DNA of 64,000 bases from Giardia intestinalis (Eukaryota), in NCBI GenBank assembly GCA_000002435.2, contig CM018792.1; one strand, 5' to 3'. A program made the position numbers and the translations under genes. Of the stretch, positions 26,536-38,900 are shown in pieces; position 1 is the first letter of the stretch; each line of letters begins with the position of its first letter. A model generated the notes under the pieces. It was given only the letters and a program-made list of their open reading frames with translations, searched no databases and was not told the origin of the DNA.

Positions 26536-29169
26536 TTACCTAAACACCCGTATAGCCTCCTGAGAAACCGCTGGGTCTAGCTTGAGTATGTTAACTACAC
26601 CCTCCAGCTGCCGATCTTTGTAGCAATCTGCCATGGCGAAGATCATGACATACTTAACGTTCTGACTATCTGTCTTGGCAGTCATAACTAGAAAAGATAT
26701 CACGCGTTGCAGGGCCGCGTCCAGCTCTTGCATCTTTGGCTCAAGCACTTTCAGACCTTTTCCAAGTCTATCACTCAATGAATTTATAACCTCGGACAGT
26801 ATACGATATGCAAAGAATAAGATCTCAATGGCGACCGCACGGTAGTAGTATCTAAGAGAAGTGAGTAGATGATCGCAGATATAAATAAGTTTGTTAACTG
26901 TAAGGTGCACGACAGTGTATGCTTCTGGTCGAAGATAAGCATCTAGCTTACTGGCAGCAGGAGACGAGGGATCAGGGAGCTTTAGATTGAGGATCCCAAC
27001 GTCTGTGTCAAAAACCCTTGCGAACCATCCAGAGAATGCTTGAATACACGAGTCTCGGACAACTGCGACGCTGTCGTAACACCAAAGAATAATAGAGACA
27101 GGGATAGAGGACAGACAGTCTCTGTTCATGATGAGGTCGTTGCTCTCGAGCAGGAGGTTCTCAGGGATAGCTGGGTTATACATACTGACGAGATCTGTGA
27201 AGTTATGCCGCGCTAGCATGTTCCACGTCGCTAGGCGAACCCGCCAAGACGGATCAAATAAGCCGTACTTTACGAGGGGCAATATATTGAGCGAAATGTG
27301 CTCCTTGTAGCTCTCTAGCACATGAAATGCAAAGTATCTTGCTAGTGCGTAGTTGGGTGTGACAGTAAATGGAAGGATTGCTTCGATGCACAGGGAAACA
27401 AAGTCTTCAGAAGGGTCTTCGAGGGGTCGCTTCACAAAGTAGGCAAGGAGCTGGTCTATCTGGTGAACAAGTTCAACGAGTAATAGCTTAGTCAGCTTTG
27501 TAATGGGCGCACCACTCATATACGTTATCAAGCTACAATTGGATATGATAATATGCTGGTCACTGGAGTGCACTGGGCTGGTGTCTGCAATATCAGGTTG
27601 AGATAACTTAACCTCAAGATTAAGGTGGTTAAGTATTTGCAGTATGACCTCTCGGGGAACGGTGCAAACCGTAATAGCTGTCTGGTTGATAAGAGTCATG
27701 ACATTTTTAAGGATGCTTGAAGTAAGAGCAGCAAGGCTATACTCTGCATCCATGAAGGATCCTATGCACCCCAGAACTCTAGTAATATGCAAGATCAAGG
27801 TCGGACTAACCACTTCTCTGGGACGGTCGGAGACGTTCTGCTGCCCCTCGATTTCTTTGCAGATATTGATAATCTTTATTGTAATGGAAAGTATGACATC
27901 TAGAACCGCTTGGTTGTGCTCTCTAGTGTGGTGTTTCTCATGTGCCTTAGCCGCCTTGCTGTTAGGGGCTATACTTAAGTTAGTTCCCAGCTTGTGCTGA
28001 AGACTAATTGCCAAGTAGACAACTGTCTCCATTATTATTTCTTTGGTGACTAGCTGTCTGTCGGCAGCCTCAAGTATAAGGGTTATCAGCAACAAGTAGG
28101 CCCCGACGTGGCAGGGCTGTACTACGACAATCACAGACAGTGAATGAAGTATAGATGTGAGCAGGTCAGCATTTTCATATGAAATTTTGGCCGCTGGTGC
28201 AGAGAGGGAGGGGACAAGATCATCCTTTAGCAAACCCTGGAGACGCCTCATGAGGTTCTGAGTATACACAGGCGTCAAATAGTTATTCAGCACGAAGTCT
28301 GCTCCAATAAGTTGCTTGAAAAATAAATCAATGATATGGCTAAAGTCAATGTGACCGGAGAGGCCGAGAATATATACTTGTCTTTCGTCATCGCTGTAAT
28401 TGAGCAGAAAGTCCCCGGTCTTCATGCGCACATGAACCTCCTTTCCACACAGATCGGTCTTAGAGGGAATGTCAAAGAGCTTCTTCTGAATAGCCTCCAT
28501 CTTATCCTCAAAGTATTTAGGCATTGATGATAGAAAGATGGGTCCATAAAGTTCGCACAGTGAGAGCACACCGTCCGCAATCGGGGCAATTCCCTCTGCA
28601 AAGGTCACCTCCTGGACAATATTCCTGATCAGTTCAGTTATCTTGGCATCTGTTATTCCTGTTGGGGTATCAAAGTTTTGCAGAAAGTTGTCCTGGGGAT
28701 CAGGCCCCACATAAAAGTAAGGCAGTAGAGCAAGAATGGACAGCTTAGGGGAAGAGCGCACTTCATCAGGAGACTGGTAGCTATTCATAAAGGTACACAT
28801 GCTATCGAAGATCTCCTGCGGGGCAAAGGGGATAAGCATGCGTATAGACTGAACAGAGTAGAGGATAACATCATACATAGGATGTGTCGTGGTAGAAAAC
28901 AGGATCTTCAACGCCTTAGGGAGGAGCTCAAGGAAGAGTTGTCGATCATCTGCCAAAAGTACCACGATTTTGCGAACACATGATAATATCATGTTAATGA
29001 GGTTCCCCTCTGAAACGATATAAAGCTCATACAGGTGGTCCAGGATGTGATCAGAGTCTCGAGGGTTAGAGAGGGCATACGCAGGTAGCTGATCAAGCGT
29101 TTGAGATACAACAGCCGGGATCGTCGAATTAAGGGAGGCAATTATGGAGTTGAGGCTCAACATGACCAA
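26536..29169 (-). CDS. Hypothetical helical-repeat (HEAT/ARM-like) protein (877 aa).
   Basis: Long ORF that is Leu-rich and helical. I see no diagnostic motif. Confidence 0.5.
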   Translation of the reverse strand: MVMLSLNSIIASLNSTIPAVVSQTLDQLPAYALSNPRDSDHILDHLYELYIVSEGNLINMILSCVRKIVVLLADDRQLFLELLPKALKILFSTTTHPMYDVILYSVQSIRMLIPFAPQEIFDSMCTFMNSYQSPDEVRSSPKLSILALLPYFYVGPDPQDNFLQNFDTPTGITDAKITELIRNIVQEVTFAEGIAPIADGVLSLCELYGPIFLSSMPKYFEDKMEAIQKKLFDIPSKTDLCGKEVHVRMKTGDFLLNYSDDERQVYILGLSGHIDFSHIIDLFFKQLIGADFVLNNYLTPVYTQNLMRRLQGLLKDDLVPSLSAPAAKISYENADLLTSILHSLSVIVVVQPCHVGAYLLLITLILEAADRQLVTKEIIMETVVYLAISLQHKLGTNLSIAPNSKAAKAHEKHHTREHNQAVLDVILSITIKIINICKEIEGQQNVSDRPREVVSPTLILHITRVLGCIGSFMDAEYSLAALTSSILKNVMTLINQTAITVCTVPREVILQILNHLNLEVKLSQPDIADTSPVHSSDQHIIISNCSLITYMSGAPITKLTKLLLVELVHQIDQLLAYFVKRPLEDPSEDFVSLCIEAILPFTVTPNYALARYFAFHVLESYKEHISLNILPLVKYGLFDPSWRVRLATWNMLARHNFTDLVSMYNPAIPENLLLESNDLIMNRDCLSSIPVSIILWCYDSVAVVRDSCIQAFSGWFARVFDTDVGILNLKLPDPSSPAASKLDAYLRPEAYTVVHLTVNKLIYICDHLLTSLRYYYRAVAIEILFFAYRILSEVINSLSDRLGKGLKVLEPKMQELDAALQRVISFLVMTAKTDSQNVKYVMIFAMADCYKDRQLEGVVNILKLDPAVSQEAIRVFR

Positions 29170-29297
29170 AAACTGACAAAGACTCTTTCAGGTTTCTTCC
29201 AGGTTTATCTTGCAAAGAATAAGAACCGGTCTACGAAATCCGTAAATGAAGGAAATGAACTTTCTTTGAAATTGCATAATTAGGGTGGAATTAAATC

Positions 29298-30848
29298 ATG
29301 ACACAAGTCAGGACAATTGTACGGTCTCGAGAAGACGGTGCGCGGCGCGGAGGCTATAGGACGGCAACCACAGGTCACGATCACTTCCAAGTCGAAAAAG
29401 AGTTTGTTCGGGCTCTCACTGCAGCCAAGCTGAAGCAAATGTTTGCCAAGCCTTTTATCAGAGCCATGAACGATCACGTTGACGGAGTTTATAATATTGC
29501 ACGCCACCCTTCTTCTATTACCACATTTGCCACGGCCAGCGTTGATGGATCTGTTAAGATCTATGACATCTCCTCTGGTGCGCAGCTTAGCTCTCTCACA
29601 GCTCACACTGGCTGGATTACCGGAGTTTGCTTTCCGGCGTGTACTGCTGACATGATGGTCACCTGTGCACGTGACTCTTTGTTGCGTTTCTGGAAGCTCC
29701 CAGACATATATGCCCTCAACGATCAGTCGGTGCCACTTCATAGAAGAGAAATTCAGCTCATCTCATCCATTAATCTGGAGGCGTCGCCGGCCGGCCTGGC
29801 GCACCATGCAGCGGATCGGAAGCTCGCGCTGGCTACCCCTACCGGAGTCCACATCTTTGACCACGAACGCCAAGAGGCGCTTGCTTGTCTGACATACTCT
29901 GATGGGGGCATCATGGACTCCAGCTTTTCTACCGTGCAGTTCAACCAGGCAGAGCAGCATCTTGTCGCAGCGACTTCGGAGACATACTGTGTCTTCTTTG
30001 ACGTGCGTGTGCACCGTCCTGCCTTTCGGTTCTCTTTGTGGAGCAGGCCGTCGTGCATCACTTTCAACAACTACTACCCTAACGTGCTTGCTATCGGGGC
30101 CAACGACGGGTACTGCTACTCCTTTGATATAAGGAACTTTAGCCGCAACGACAATTATAGAGCACTGGACAGATTCACAGGAAACACTGGTGCAGTTCTG
30201 TCGTGTGCCTTTTCCCCAGACGGAAGCGTCCTAGCGACGGGTGGTTATGACAAGGCTGTACGGCTGTATGATGTACGGACCGTTGGGCCTAACATGACTC
30301 TGAAGAACCACCGTGGTGAGGTCATCTTCCAGTCATTGGAGACGGCTGGGCTTCCCATGGGGGAGACACGCGACAAGTTGGAAATGGCTGAGTACAGCAA
30401 CCAGGAGACCATGTGCTCCGATGTTAGCAAGTCGCGGAATCACCCTTTCGCATTTAACATACAGCCATACGACACCTATCATAACCCTCGCATGATGCGT
30501 GTCTGGGCACTTGCATTCAGCGGCGATGGGCGCTTCCTACTTACTGGGTCGGATGATGCAAACCTCCGTGTGTGGAAGACTAGAGCATCTGAGTCACTGA
30601 AGACCTTGACGAGGTCAGAAGCAGACGCCATCGACTACCGAGAGACGTTAGTCAACAAGTTCCAGAACGTGCCAGCAGTCCGGCAGGTGTTAAAGAGTCA
30701 TCGCTTGCCTCACCTCCTTACTGTTGCACGCCGACGAGCAATCATACACAATCAAGCCGAGCGGAGGAAAGACGAGAACAGACGTACGCATAGACACGAG
30801 GAGGTGCCGTCTGCGGCTTCCCGTGTTGTTCACAGCGTTGACAAGTGA
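29298..30848 (+). CDS. Sof1/DCAF13-like WD40 protein (U3 snoRNP component).
   Basis: The N-terminus EFVRALTAAKLKQMFAKPF...HVDGVYNIARHP matches Sof1/DCAF13 (EYVRALNATKLERVFAKPF...HRDGVNCLAKHP). It has WD repeats and a C-terminal basic Sof1-like tail. Confidence 0.75.
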   Translation: MTQVRTIVRSREDGARRGGYRTATTGHDHFQVEKEFVRALTAAKLKQMFAKPFIRAMNDHVDGVYNIARHPSSITTFATASVDGSVKIYDISSGAQLSSLTAHTGWITGVCFPACTADMMVTCARDSLLRFWKLPDIYALNDQSVPLHRREIQLISSINLEASPAGLAHHAADRKLALATPTGVHIFDHERQEALACLTYSDGGIMDSSFSTVQFNQAEQHLVAATSETYCVFFDVRVHRPAFRFSLWSRPSCITFNNYYPNVLAIGANDGYCYSFDIRNFSRNDNYRALDRFTGNTGAVLSCAFSPDGSVLATGGYDKAVRLYDVRTVGPNMTLKNHRGEVIFQSLETAGLPMGETRDKLEMAEYSNQETMCSDVSKSRNHPFAFNIQPYDTYHNPRMMRVWALAFSGDGRFLLTGSDDANLRVWKTRASESLKTLTRSEADAIDYRETLVNKFQNVPAVRQVLKSHRLPHLLTVARRRAIIHNQAERRKDENRRTHRHEEVPSAASRVVHSVDK

Positions 30849-31123
30849 CCACGGGTGGCATACTATAGTCAAACCGGGTCTGCTGATTGGTGCTGAGGAC
30901 TCACTCTCATCCCGGAAAGCAATTGGCTAAGGTTTGAGCCCATGCAAAGCCCTTTCCTGTAGGAGCACGCCCAGTGAATCATTGGGTCTCTGCTTGCAAC
31001 GCTCCTGGCTGAACTTTAGCCAATTACGTCTGACAGCCTTTACTAACCACGGTATGTGTTAACTGAAACACATAATTAATTATAGTGTAAAAAGCGTGTA
31101 GTTTTTACATATTAGTTTTACAT

Positions 31124-32443
31124 ATGTTCTTGGCCGTGCTGCTCCTCTCTGTGGCCATCAGTGCCTACACGGTGACCTTCGTTGCGGATCCGCACTACGA
31201 CCCTCTCTATAAGGAAGATTCCAACCCCAGCGAGAATTGCCGCGTCAGTGGTGGTGCAGCACCTAATATAACTTATCCGTATGGCCAATACAAATGTGGA
31301 GCAGTTGACAAAGCGCTGGATGTGCTCGTGGATGCTCTCCGTCAGACAACTAAGACGTCTAACATCTCTTTCATGATCGGCGACGCCATCCTAGGTAAGC
31401 ATGCAAATCGTGAGGACCATGACCAGGCGATTAAATCCTTGTATGATAAGATTCGCAGCGGAATCAACGGACCTCTTTACCCCGTACTGGGCAACACCGA
31501 GTTCTATGGGATCAATCATTCATCATCCAACGAAGAAATTCTCTCACAGATTGAGAAGCTTGGTAAGCTTACCGGCCTTGAGAGTGTTTCTCCATCGGCG
31601 TACAAACAATTTCTTAACGGTGGCTACTACTCTGTTAGGGATGGCAGACTAAAGTTTATAGTCATCAACACGGGGCTGTATAACTCTCTTCAGAAGAGGG
31701 AGGAAGAGGATCCTCTTGGGCAAGTGGCCTTTGTTAAGGCGGAGTTGGAGGATTGCCGTAAGTCTAAGTGTCGGGTGGCAGTAATACAGCACATCCCCTT
31801 GATGATGTCCACGTACACTGGTACATATACCATGCAGCAAAGGTACTCTGATGCTCTAAGGCATTTGTACTGCGAATATTATGACGTGGTAGCGAACATT
31901 CACGCTGCAGAGGATCACCGCGACGAGTTCAAACTGATTTACTGTCAGAGCAACGCTTCAGGAATCCCTCTCTTCATGCTGCCTGCCATCTCTCCGAATA
32001 GATACAATAACCCGGGATATAGACAGGTCGAGCTTTCGCCGAAGACCGGCAACGTTATGGACTATGTACAATACTACCTAGACTTAGGGCTGGCCAACAT
32101 CAAAACGCGTACAGAAAACGTCTACACAAGGCATCGTACCGGACATAATGTTCCAACGGCCACTTATAATCTCGAGTACCGCTTCAGTGACGAGTACGGC
32201 TCTTCCATTGCGAAACACCTAAACGATCAGGAACTTATAGTGGCCTCCATGAAAACTGAGGGATGGGGGACATACACCCCCATGCGCGCTCTGTACCTGG
32301 CCCTACAGAATGACCCAGATGTTTGGAGCGTCTTCCACTCTCATATGAGCTCACTGTGTTACGACAAGAAGATTTCCTTTATCTGTGCGGCTAGAGCCAT
32401 TACGATAGAGTCATACAAGTCATGTTTAGCCAAGTTGCAGTGA
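31124..32443 (+). CDS. Secreted calcineurin-like metallophosphoesterase resembling acid sphingomyelinase-like phosphodiesterases.
   Basis: Signal peptide MFLAVLLLSVAISA. The motifs VTFVADPHYD, GDAILGKH and GNTEFYG are arranged as in ASM-like phosphodiesterases. Confidence 0.55.
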   Translation: MFLAVLLLSVAISAYTVTFVADPHYDPLYKEDSNPSENCRVSGGAAPNITYPYGQYKCGAVDKALDVLVDALRQTTKTSNISFMIGDAILGKHANREDHDQAIKSLYDKIRSGINGPLYPVLGNTEFYGINHSSSNEEILSQIEKLGKLTGLESVSPSAYKQFLNGGYYSVRDGRLKFIVINTGLYNSLQKREEEDPLGQVAFVKAELEDCRKSKCRVAVIQHIPLMMSTYTGTYTMQQRYSDALRHLYCEYYDVVANIHAAEDHRDEFKLIYCQSNASGIPLFMLPAISPNRYNNPGYRQVELSPKTGNVMDYVQYYLDLGLANIKTRTENVYTRHRTGHNVPTATYNLEYRFSDEYGSSIAKHLNDQELIVASMKTEGWGTYTPMRALYLALQNDPDVWSVFHSHMSSLCYDKKISFICAARAITIESYKSCLAKLQ

Positions 32444-32507
32444 TCAGTAAATCTCTGCTCTTAAAAGGGAATAAAGCCTGTAGAGTGCGCAGGCTAGCTC
32501 TTTCCGG

Positions 32508-33104
32508 TTACTTGCTGTCTTCAGTCTCTGAAGAACAGTCAGATATGTTAGCAGATTGACATGCAGAAGCGAATCTAGAATTCATGATGGTTCCGGCGAC
32601 ACGGGCTACTGAGTCCGTCGTTGGGTTCCGCACTTTTGCAAGACTGTTCATAAGATGTTCTACTGCGAAGGCAAAGGTTGCCCGCTCTATCAAGAGATTC
32701 CAGGAAATAATTGAAAGAAAAGCCTGCTGTAAAAGAATAACTTGTTGGAGATTGAACTTATTCTTCGATATGATGACCCACGACTCCAGGGTTGGGGATT
32801 CTCGACAAACAAGGTCGTATGATATCATAATAGCACTGAATAAATATCGCCTAATATTGCGGGAATTGAGGGATCCTCGGACTTGATAGTTGATTCGGTT
32901 AACTAGGCCACATGCGTAGACAACCACCTCTGCTGGAGCCTGAGACCGTCGGATGATCATAATCGCGAACTCCTTTAACCTGTGCTGAATCGAAGAATCT
33001 CTGAGAAGCTGGGCCATGGCAGTTGCAACGCTCGCACCAACCTCCACTGTTTCAGCCTCAAAGAACTCGCGAAATTCAAGCTCCTCCCCGTCCCAATGTC
33101 TCAT
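32508..33104 (-). CDS. Cyclin-like protein (198 aa), possibly of the PHO80 / cyclin-U type.
   Basis: LKEFAIMIIRRSQ...VVVYACGLVNRI resembles the cyclin-box core of PHO80-like cyclins. The match is weak. Confidence 0.35.
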   Translation of the reverse strand: MRHWDGEELEFREFFEAETVEVGASVATAMAQLLRDSSIQHRLKEFAIMIIRRSQAPAEVVVYACGLVNRINYQVRGSLNSRNIRRYLFSAIMISYDLVCRESPTLESWVIISKNKFNLQQVILLQQAFLSIISWNLLIERATFAFAVEHLMNSLAKVRNPTTDSVARVAGTIMNSRFASACQSANISDCSSETEDSK

Positions 33105-33205
33105 GCAGTCTATTTACGTTTTAATTGCATTTGTCCATTCCGTGTAATTCCTATGCAATTCAACTGTAGACTCCGGCGGTTTCCGGTCGCACCTTTGTCT
33201 CAAGG

Positions 33206-34600
33206 ATGAAGTACATTTTTGATCGGATATTTCTGGAAACTCATGAAGCTGGCACTGAGGAATGTCCGGCCTCGGATATTATCTCTTCTACACGTATTTC
33301 AGCAGACACTGGTCCAGAGCCTGAGCAGAGGTGCTGTGTTGCGAGGCCTGTAACAGTATTACAAGCAGCTAAATCGGATTCCTATGCGTCTAGACGAGAA
33401 CGAGAACTGCATAGCGAGATTCAAGGGGCTGAAGTGCAGTGCAAAATTCTGTCTACAACGATACACAAAACAGGACCTGTAAAGGTATTTAGTACGGCAA
33501 CAGATGAAACTGTGAGGGTGTCGACGCACCAAGTTCCTATTCAGCAGATCCGACGCGCAGAGCCGTCCCCAAAGCGTCTAGTGCCAATCCACAACGTTAT
33601 ATCAAATAAGGACTTTGAGGTGACGCGGATTCCTCGGCCTAGTCACAAAGAATCTTCAAGGGATGAAATACCCGAAGTAGACTTAGTTTCCACCTTGACC
33701 AGAAAAACCCCAATACTTACTTCCAAATGCATGGAGAAGTCCACTCTGCACGGTTCACATACAAACGAAGAAGAATCTTCATTTCTTGAGAGTAGCATAT
33801 CAGATTGCAAGCGCGTGTTGTCATCTGCTGGTTGTAGCAGCAGAAGCTGTGGTAAACCGTTTCCACATGAATCTAAAGTGCCTGCCAGTAACGATTCCGA
33901 TAACGACTACCTTTACACCGTTACATCCACAATTAAACACCCCAGCCTAGCTATTGACGATGTCCGCATATTCGAAGTTAAGAGCGCCGTTGACGAGCGT
34001 AGAAAGAAAAAGGACTACACCGATGGGTCATGGAGTACTATCAAGATTGATATGCCTCCGAGGGGTGCTGTTCGGGATGCATCGACACCCTTCATGGCAA
34101 ATACATCTCCGATGGAAACTAATAGGTACGCCCAGGGCAATAATAACGTTAATATGACATTCAATAGAGCAACTGCTGTACGAGTAACACCTACCAAATC
34201 GAACTCCATCGAGATACCGGCGAGCTATGCCAGTCACAGGGTTGAGGAAAGTACGCGTGCAATTCATGACGTGAATACTCCAGTAGAGCACCCTGTAATG
34301 CACTCAGGAATGTATGACATGGTGGAGAATGTTAGCGAAGACGAGATCGACACAGACTACCGAGTGGTGGATGCAAGTGTGTCCGGTAGTGCTCACTCCG
34401 ATTACTCTGATGAAAACTACTGCGTACAATCTCGCATGGAACGAATACACAGACCACCCATAAAGGAAAACACATATTCTGTTATCAAAGGTACGGCAGC
34501 GCGAGTTCCTGCTCCTATTCCCACCACCCTCCAAGACGGGGACAACCTCCGATGTTTTGTGCTTACGTTTGTGGACACAGAGCCCAAGAAGTTCAACTAG
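33206..34600 (+). CDS. Hypothetical protein (464 aa).
   Basis: Long ORF that is Ser/Thr-rich. No motifs. Confidence 0.5.
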   Translation: MKYIFDRIFLETHEAGTEECPASDIISSTRISADTGPEPEQRCCVARPVTVLQAAKSDSYASRRERELHSEIQGAEVQCKILSTTIHKTGPVKVFSTATDETVRVSTHQVPIQQIRRAEPSPKRLVPIHNVISNKDFEVTRIPRPSHKESSRDEIPEVDLVSTLTRKTPILTSKCMEKSTLHGSHTNEEESSFLESSISDCKRVLSSAGCSSRSCGKPFPHESKVPASNDSDNDYLYTVTSTIKHPSLAIDDVRIFEVKSAVDERRKKKDYTDGSWSTIKIDMPPRGAVRDASTPFMANTSPMETNRYAQGNNNVNMTFNRATAVRVTPTKSNSIEIPASYASHRVEESTRAIHDVNTPVEHPVMHSGMYDMVENVSEDEIDTDYRVVDASVSGSAHSDYSDENYCVQSRMERIHRPPIKENTYSVIKGTAARVPAPIPTTLQDGDNLRCFVLTFVDTEPKKFN

Positions 34601-34639
34601 AACTCTGTTTGTCCCCATCCATATATAGGATGGATAAGC

Positions 34640-35866
34640 TCACCGTACATCAAGTAAATTACTAAAGAGTACGTCTGCATCATTCTGAGAATCGGCATCA
34701 AATTCCGTGATAACCACATTTCTGCCTGTAATGTCAGTCCTTTTAATGGAGTGTGGTCTCAGTGGCTTCTGAGGCACTCCATTGCTGTGATAGGCGCCAG
34801 TGACGAAACCTGCACCAGTTGAAGGTGGGCGATGTACTCGAAACTCTAATCGATCAAATCTTAATAGATTGGAAGCTCCCTTTGTAGCCAAATCATACTG
34901 CGTAACTCTGGGTCTGTTTCGTGTGCAAGACGCAGTCATTACCATTGGCTTGACTTCCGGTGGCGGGCCTAGCGCCATTATCTCCTGTCTGAATTGCTTT
35001 GCGGTTCGTCTGGGATTAAACGGAAGCAATGCCTGTGGCCGTGCCAAGGGACTCTTCGCCGTTAGCGGCACATGTTGACTAACTCTGGAGCAGTGCCCTA
35101 TCCCAGTTGCCTTGGTTGTGCACATAGTAATAGGAGATTTAGGGTCACATTTTGCCAGTGACGCTTCTTCATAAGTAGCTGGCCCCGGTACTTGACCCTT
35201 TCTTCCCGGTATTTGCTTAGACTCTGAGACAGTTGTGTCCATTGGCTGTGCAGGATCGAGAGGACTGCATCCAGCGCGTGTAGAAGGGTTATGTGGGAGA
35301 GAGTGTCTTGTGGAGATAGAGTACACTCGTGGGGGGCGGGGCACACTGGCAGGCTTTGTAACCTGGTGACTGGTGTTATTCACGCATACGCTTTGACGCA
35401 GCGGGGTACTGACAACAAGGCTCTCACAAGGAGATCCTTTCCACTCAACTGTAGAGTTTGTTGGCGGAGTAAGTGCGTGCAAAGGCACAAGAGGACTAGA
35501 GACACTACTGTTCTGTAAGCCATTGGTGCATCCAATGACAACCATGGAATCACGTTGCAACGGAGGATCTGCGAGGGTATATTGACGGAAGTATAGAGGA
35601 GACTCAAGGACACTTCGGGCAGATGAAATGGATTTCCTCGAACAGCTAATTGGTAGTTGAGCCTCAGTCGCTTGTGGTGAGGCACACATAAGAGATGGTC
35701 TATCAGATGCAGATCCGTTAGAAATAGGCCGTCTCACCGGACGATGCTCTATCTTTGTCAAAAACGTTTCTGCCTTCCTTTCTTTCCAGGCCTTTTCCAG
35801 ACGGTTACCAACTTCAAGTACCTCCCTATATGGTATAGAGGCAGGCGAGCCTCCATACAGAGACAT
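34640..35866 (-). CDS. Hypothetical Pro/Ser-rich protein (408 aa).
   Basis: Long ORF with low-complexity composition. Confidence 0.45.
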   Translation of the reverse strand: MSLYGGSPASIPYREVLEVGNRLEKAWKERKAETFLTKIEHRPVRRPISNGSASDRPSLMCASPQATEAQLPISCSRKSISSARSVLESPLYFRQYTLADPPLQRDSMVVIGCTNGLQNSSVSSPLVPLHALTPPTNSTVEWKGSPCESLVVSTPLRQSVCVNNTSHQVTKPASVPRPPRVYSISTRHSLPHNPSTRAGCSPLDPAQPMDTTVSESKQIPGRKGQVPGPATYEEASLAKCDPKSPITMCTTKATGIGHCSRVSQHVPLTAKSPLARPQALLPFNPRRTAKQFRQEIMALGPPPEVKPMVMTASCTRNRPRVTQYDLATKGASNLLRFDRLEFRVHRPPSTGAGFVTGAYHSNGVPQKPLRPHSIKRTDITGRNVVITEFDADSQNDADVLFSNLLDVR

Positions 35867-35946
35867 TTTACAGTAACCGACAACGCTGCACCTAACAATT
35901 TTTAAATCAGAATTTATTAGTAACAGTTCTATTGCTCTATTGACAT

Positions 35947-38900
35947 CTAGATTGCAAAATTTGCCAGCTTCGGATTATTGAGGAGATTAAACGCTTGCGT
36001 GAACTCTGCCTTCATATGCTCAATATCCTCGTTCGCCTCCTGTTCCATCTTTGCCGATTCAGCCAAATACCCTGAAGCTAAAGAGTTCAGCCGCCTAGAG
36101 TTTTTAAGAGATTTGAGCAGCATCTTTACAGCGTCGTAAGAGCATCCAATGAGTAGTTGTACCTGCTCTGGCAAATGTGTAAGGACACCATCCTTGACGC
36201 CATTACCCATCGAATCTATCAATGGAAGTGTTACGTGGCCTAATTTATAATAAATCACAGGAGGAGACACAGCTCCGTCAACCTCAGTAGTAGCGCCGGA
36301 AGGCTTTTTAGGGTCTGCTGGCTGCTTCTTCTTGTCCTTATCCCTCAATGGAGAGGCTTGCTGAGTCTGGTCTCCAGACAAGCCTGCTTTGTACTTCAAC
36401 AAGTGCTGTAGAACATCGTCTAGATTTCGACATGTGAGAGTAGAAAGGATCTGAGGCTCCTCCAAAAGAATACTCTTCCCAGAAAAGGTATTGAAGAAAA
36501 TTTCGAGCTGAGTAGCTTCTGCAGTAATAAAATCAAGGCCGCTCGACGGCAAAATGGCGCTCTGGAGACAGCCGGTTTGTGCTGCCTCCTTTACTTTTCC
36601 ACTAGGAGGTTGGTTCTGGTGTGCAGTGGAAAAAGCTGCAGTAGGCTCTGTCTCAAACACGGCCTTTCCGGAGTTAATTGATGCTTCAATGTGCTGCATC
36701 ACTTGTACAAATGTGGCCGAACAGGACTTTATTTCTGACTCTGAAGAGACGCACGAATCTATCAGTATCTTGGTTGACTGTTCATCACCCAACAACTTCA
36801 CCGCCATAGAAGAGGATGGTACAGTGGTATTAGCGACACTCGCCGCAGATGATGCTCCGCTAGTTGGTCGCTTTTTGCCAGCTGCCTGTGCCCTGGCAGA
36901 CCCATCTATTGTGCTTCCAACAGGTGATAAGAAAGATAACAACTCTGAGATTTGCAAGGATGCACAATATGATACTCGGTTGTCGCCGGCCCACGATGGA
37001 TATAGAGATAGCAGAGTGGCTGGAACAGTCACAAGAAGGCAATTAGATATAGAGAGAAGTGTGAGTAGATCCTTATTAAGAGAGTTCAGAAGGCCCTGGC
37101 TGGTGCTAGTATACTCTGATAATGACGTTTTGATTTCCTGCTGCATGCCTAAGGCTTTTTCAGGAAACTTAATCAGAGCCGGCCTGAAACTATCATAAAT
37201 CTTAGCAAACCTCTGGGAAAAAGCGTCACAATTGTTTTTATATCCTTCCTTGTACACTTTCCACGCTCTCTCAATGGACCGATATGTGATCTCAAAGGAG
37301 CACGCACTAAATTGTTTGATTAATGTATCAAAAAGCTTGTCGCGTTGGACCATCAAGTCATGAAGCTGAGTGCGCGCTTCAGTAACTAGCTGGTTTATGC
37401 TGTCATAGGCTTCGCGGTAATAGTGCTGTAGCAACGAAAGCTCATCTTGAAAGGAGGAGTCTTTGAGGCGCTTAATCTTCATGGCAGGCAGAACCATCTG
37501 CTGCGTTGGCGAGGCAACGCATTCCTCCACAGGTGTGGCAGGCCGTAGATCCTTTTTTGAGGACTCTGCTGTCGAGACAATCTCCATTCCATCCAATTCG
37601 CGCGGCTCTATTACTGGTAGTTGCACAGTAGCCAGCTCGTCATCACGAGGCACATAGATGGGCTGAAAGAGGGTGTACGTGGAAAACATCTGCTCCAGTT
37701 CTGCCTGCAGCTGAGTGCAGATGTCACATTCGATAGAGGTATTGTAGAATGCTTTCATCCCAGGTTTGTAGTTAGTCGCTCGAGAGAAAAACTGTTGGAC
37801 CTTAGAGAAAATGGTGCTGGGGAGCTCTGAAATGTCTGCAGCATGTAGGTCGATAGTTCTGGACACTAGATTGGGTTGTTGTGTTACTAGTCGTTTTGGA
37901 GAAGAGCCTCTGGTGGGTGAAATGCGATAGCCAGGTGGAGAGCAAAATCGCTCTCGCACTTCTTCCTGATAGGTAAACGGTGTCTGCAAAACTGTGGCCG
38001 AGCACAGAATGTTCAGAACAGCTACGATCGCACCAATAAGTGCCCCTGCAAAAGAGTTAAATGCCTTCGACCTTTGCTTAAACAAGTCATAGGAAGTAAG
38101 AAACGTGTGATGCCTGTTAATAAGTGAGAGTTCAAATGGGTAGAATACGAATTGCAAAACAACCGTATAAGACAAGTAATAGGCTATTTGTTCAAGCTCG
38201 AAGCTAGCTTCTATTGCAGAAAGAGTATTAGAGAACACAGAATTTAGCGATGTCTTGTTTGGGCACTTGGCTGTCTGCATGAATATCTCTCGTATCGCAC
38301 TCATCCGTTCCTTGAATAAGAACAATCTATTTAGGGCCATTGTTTTAATGGAGATACACTTCTTCTTCATCGCTTCTACTGTTGACACCTTGGCAGAGTA
38401 TTCCGAATTAGCCAGCTTGACAGCCTGAGAAACGTTTTGCATAAGGTATTTGAAAAATAAGAGATCAGTGTGAAGACGACTGTAAGCCTCTTCTCGAAGC
38501 ATGCCTATCGTTGCAAGGAGCGACTGTGAGGCTGCTATAGCAGGATGGATCTTAACGGTGCTAGCAGCAGTATCAACTAAAGGCTGAACTTCTCCGTAAT
38601 TGTTCCGTAGCAAACTTACCGCTAAGTCTGCCACGGCAAAGTCAAAGGGGCCTGCACTATCAAGCCCAGACCATCCTATTGCTTGCTTTGTAAATGATTG
38701 CGTAATGCGCTCGGCAGAGTTTATGTCATTGTGAATGAGTGTTGAGAAGTTCTTTTTAAGGAGAACTTTGCATTCAGCAATAAACGCGTCACAGGCATAT
38801 ATGATGGTACGATCAGCTTGTTCTGGGAAAAGGAGTATGTTTTCATTAACGACTGCATCAAACTTTGTTTTGTATGCGCTTTCTGTGTGCTTAAAGAGTG

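Noticed and set aside
30849-31123. A 275-nt intergenic region considered for a tRNA or snoRNA.
   Set aside because: I could not fold a cloverleaf or find box motifs by eye. It remains untested, not excluded.
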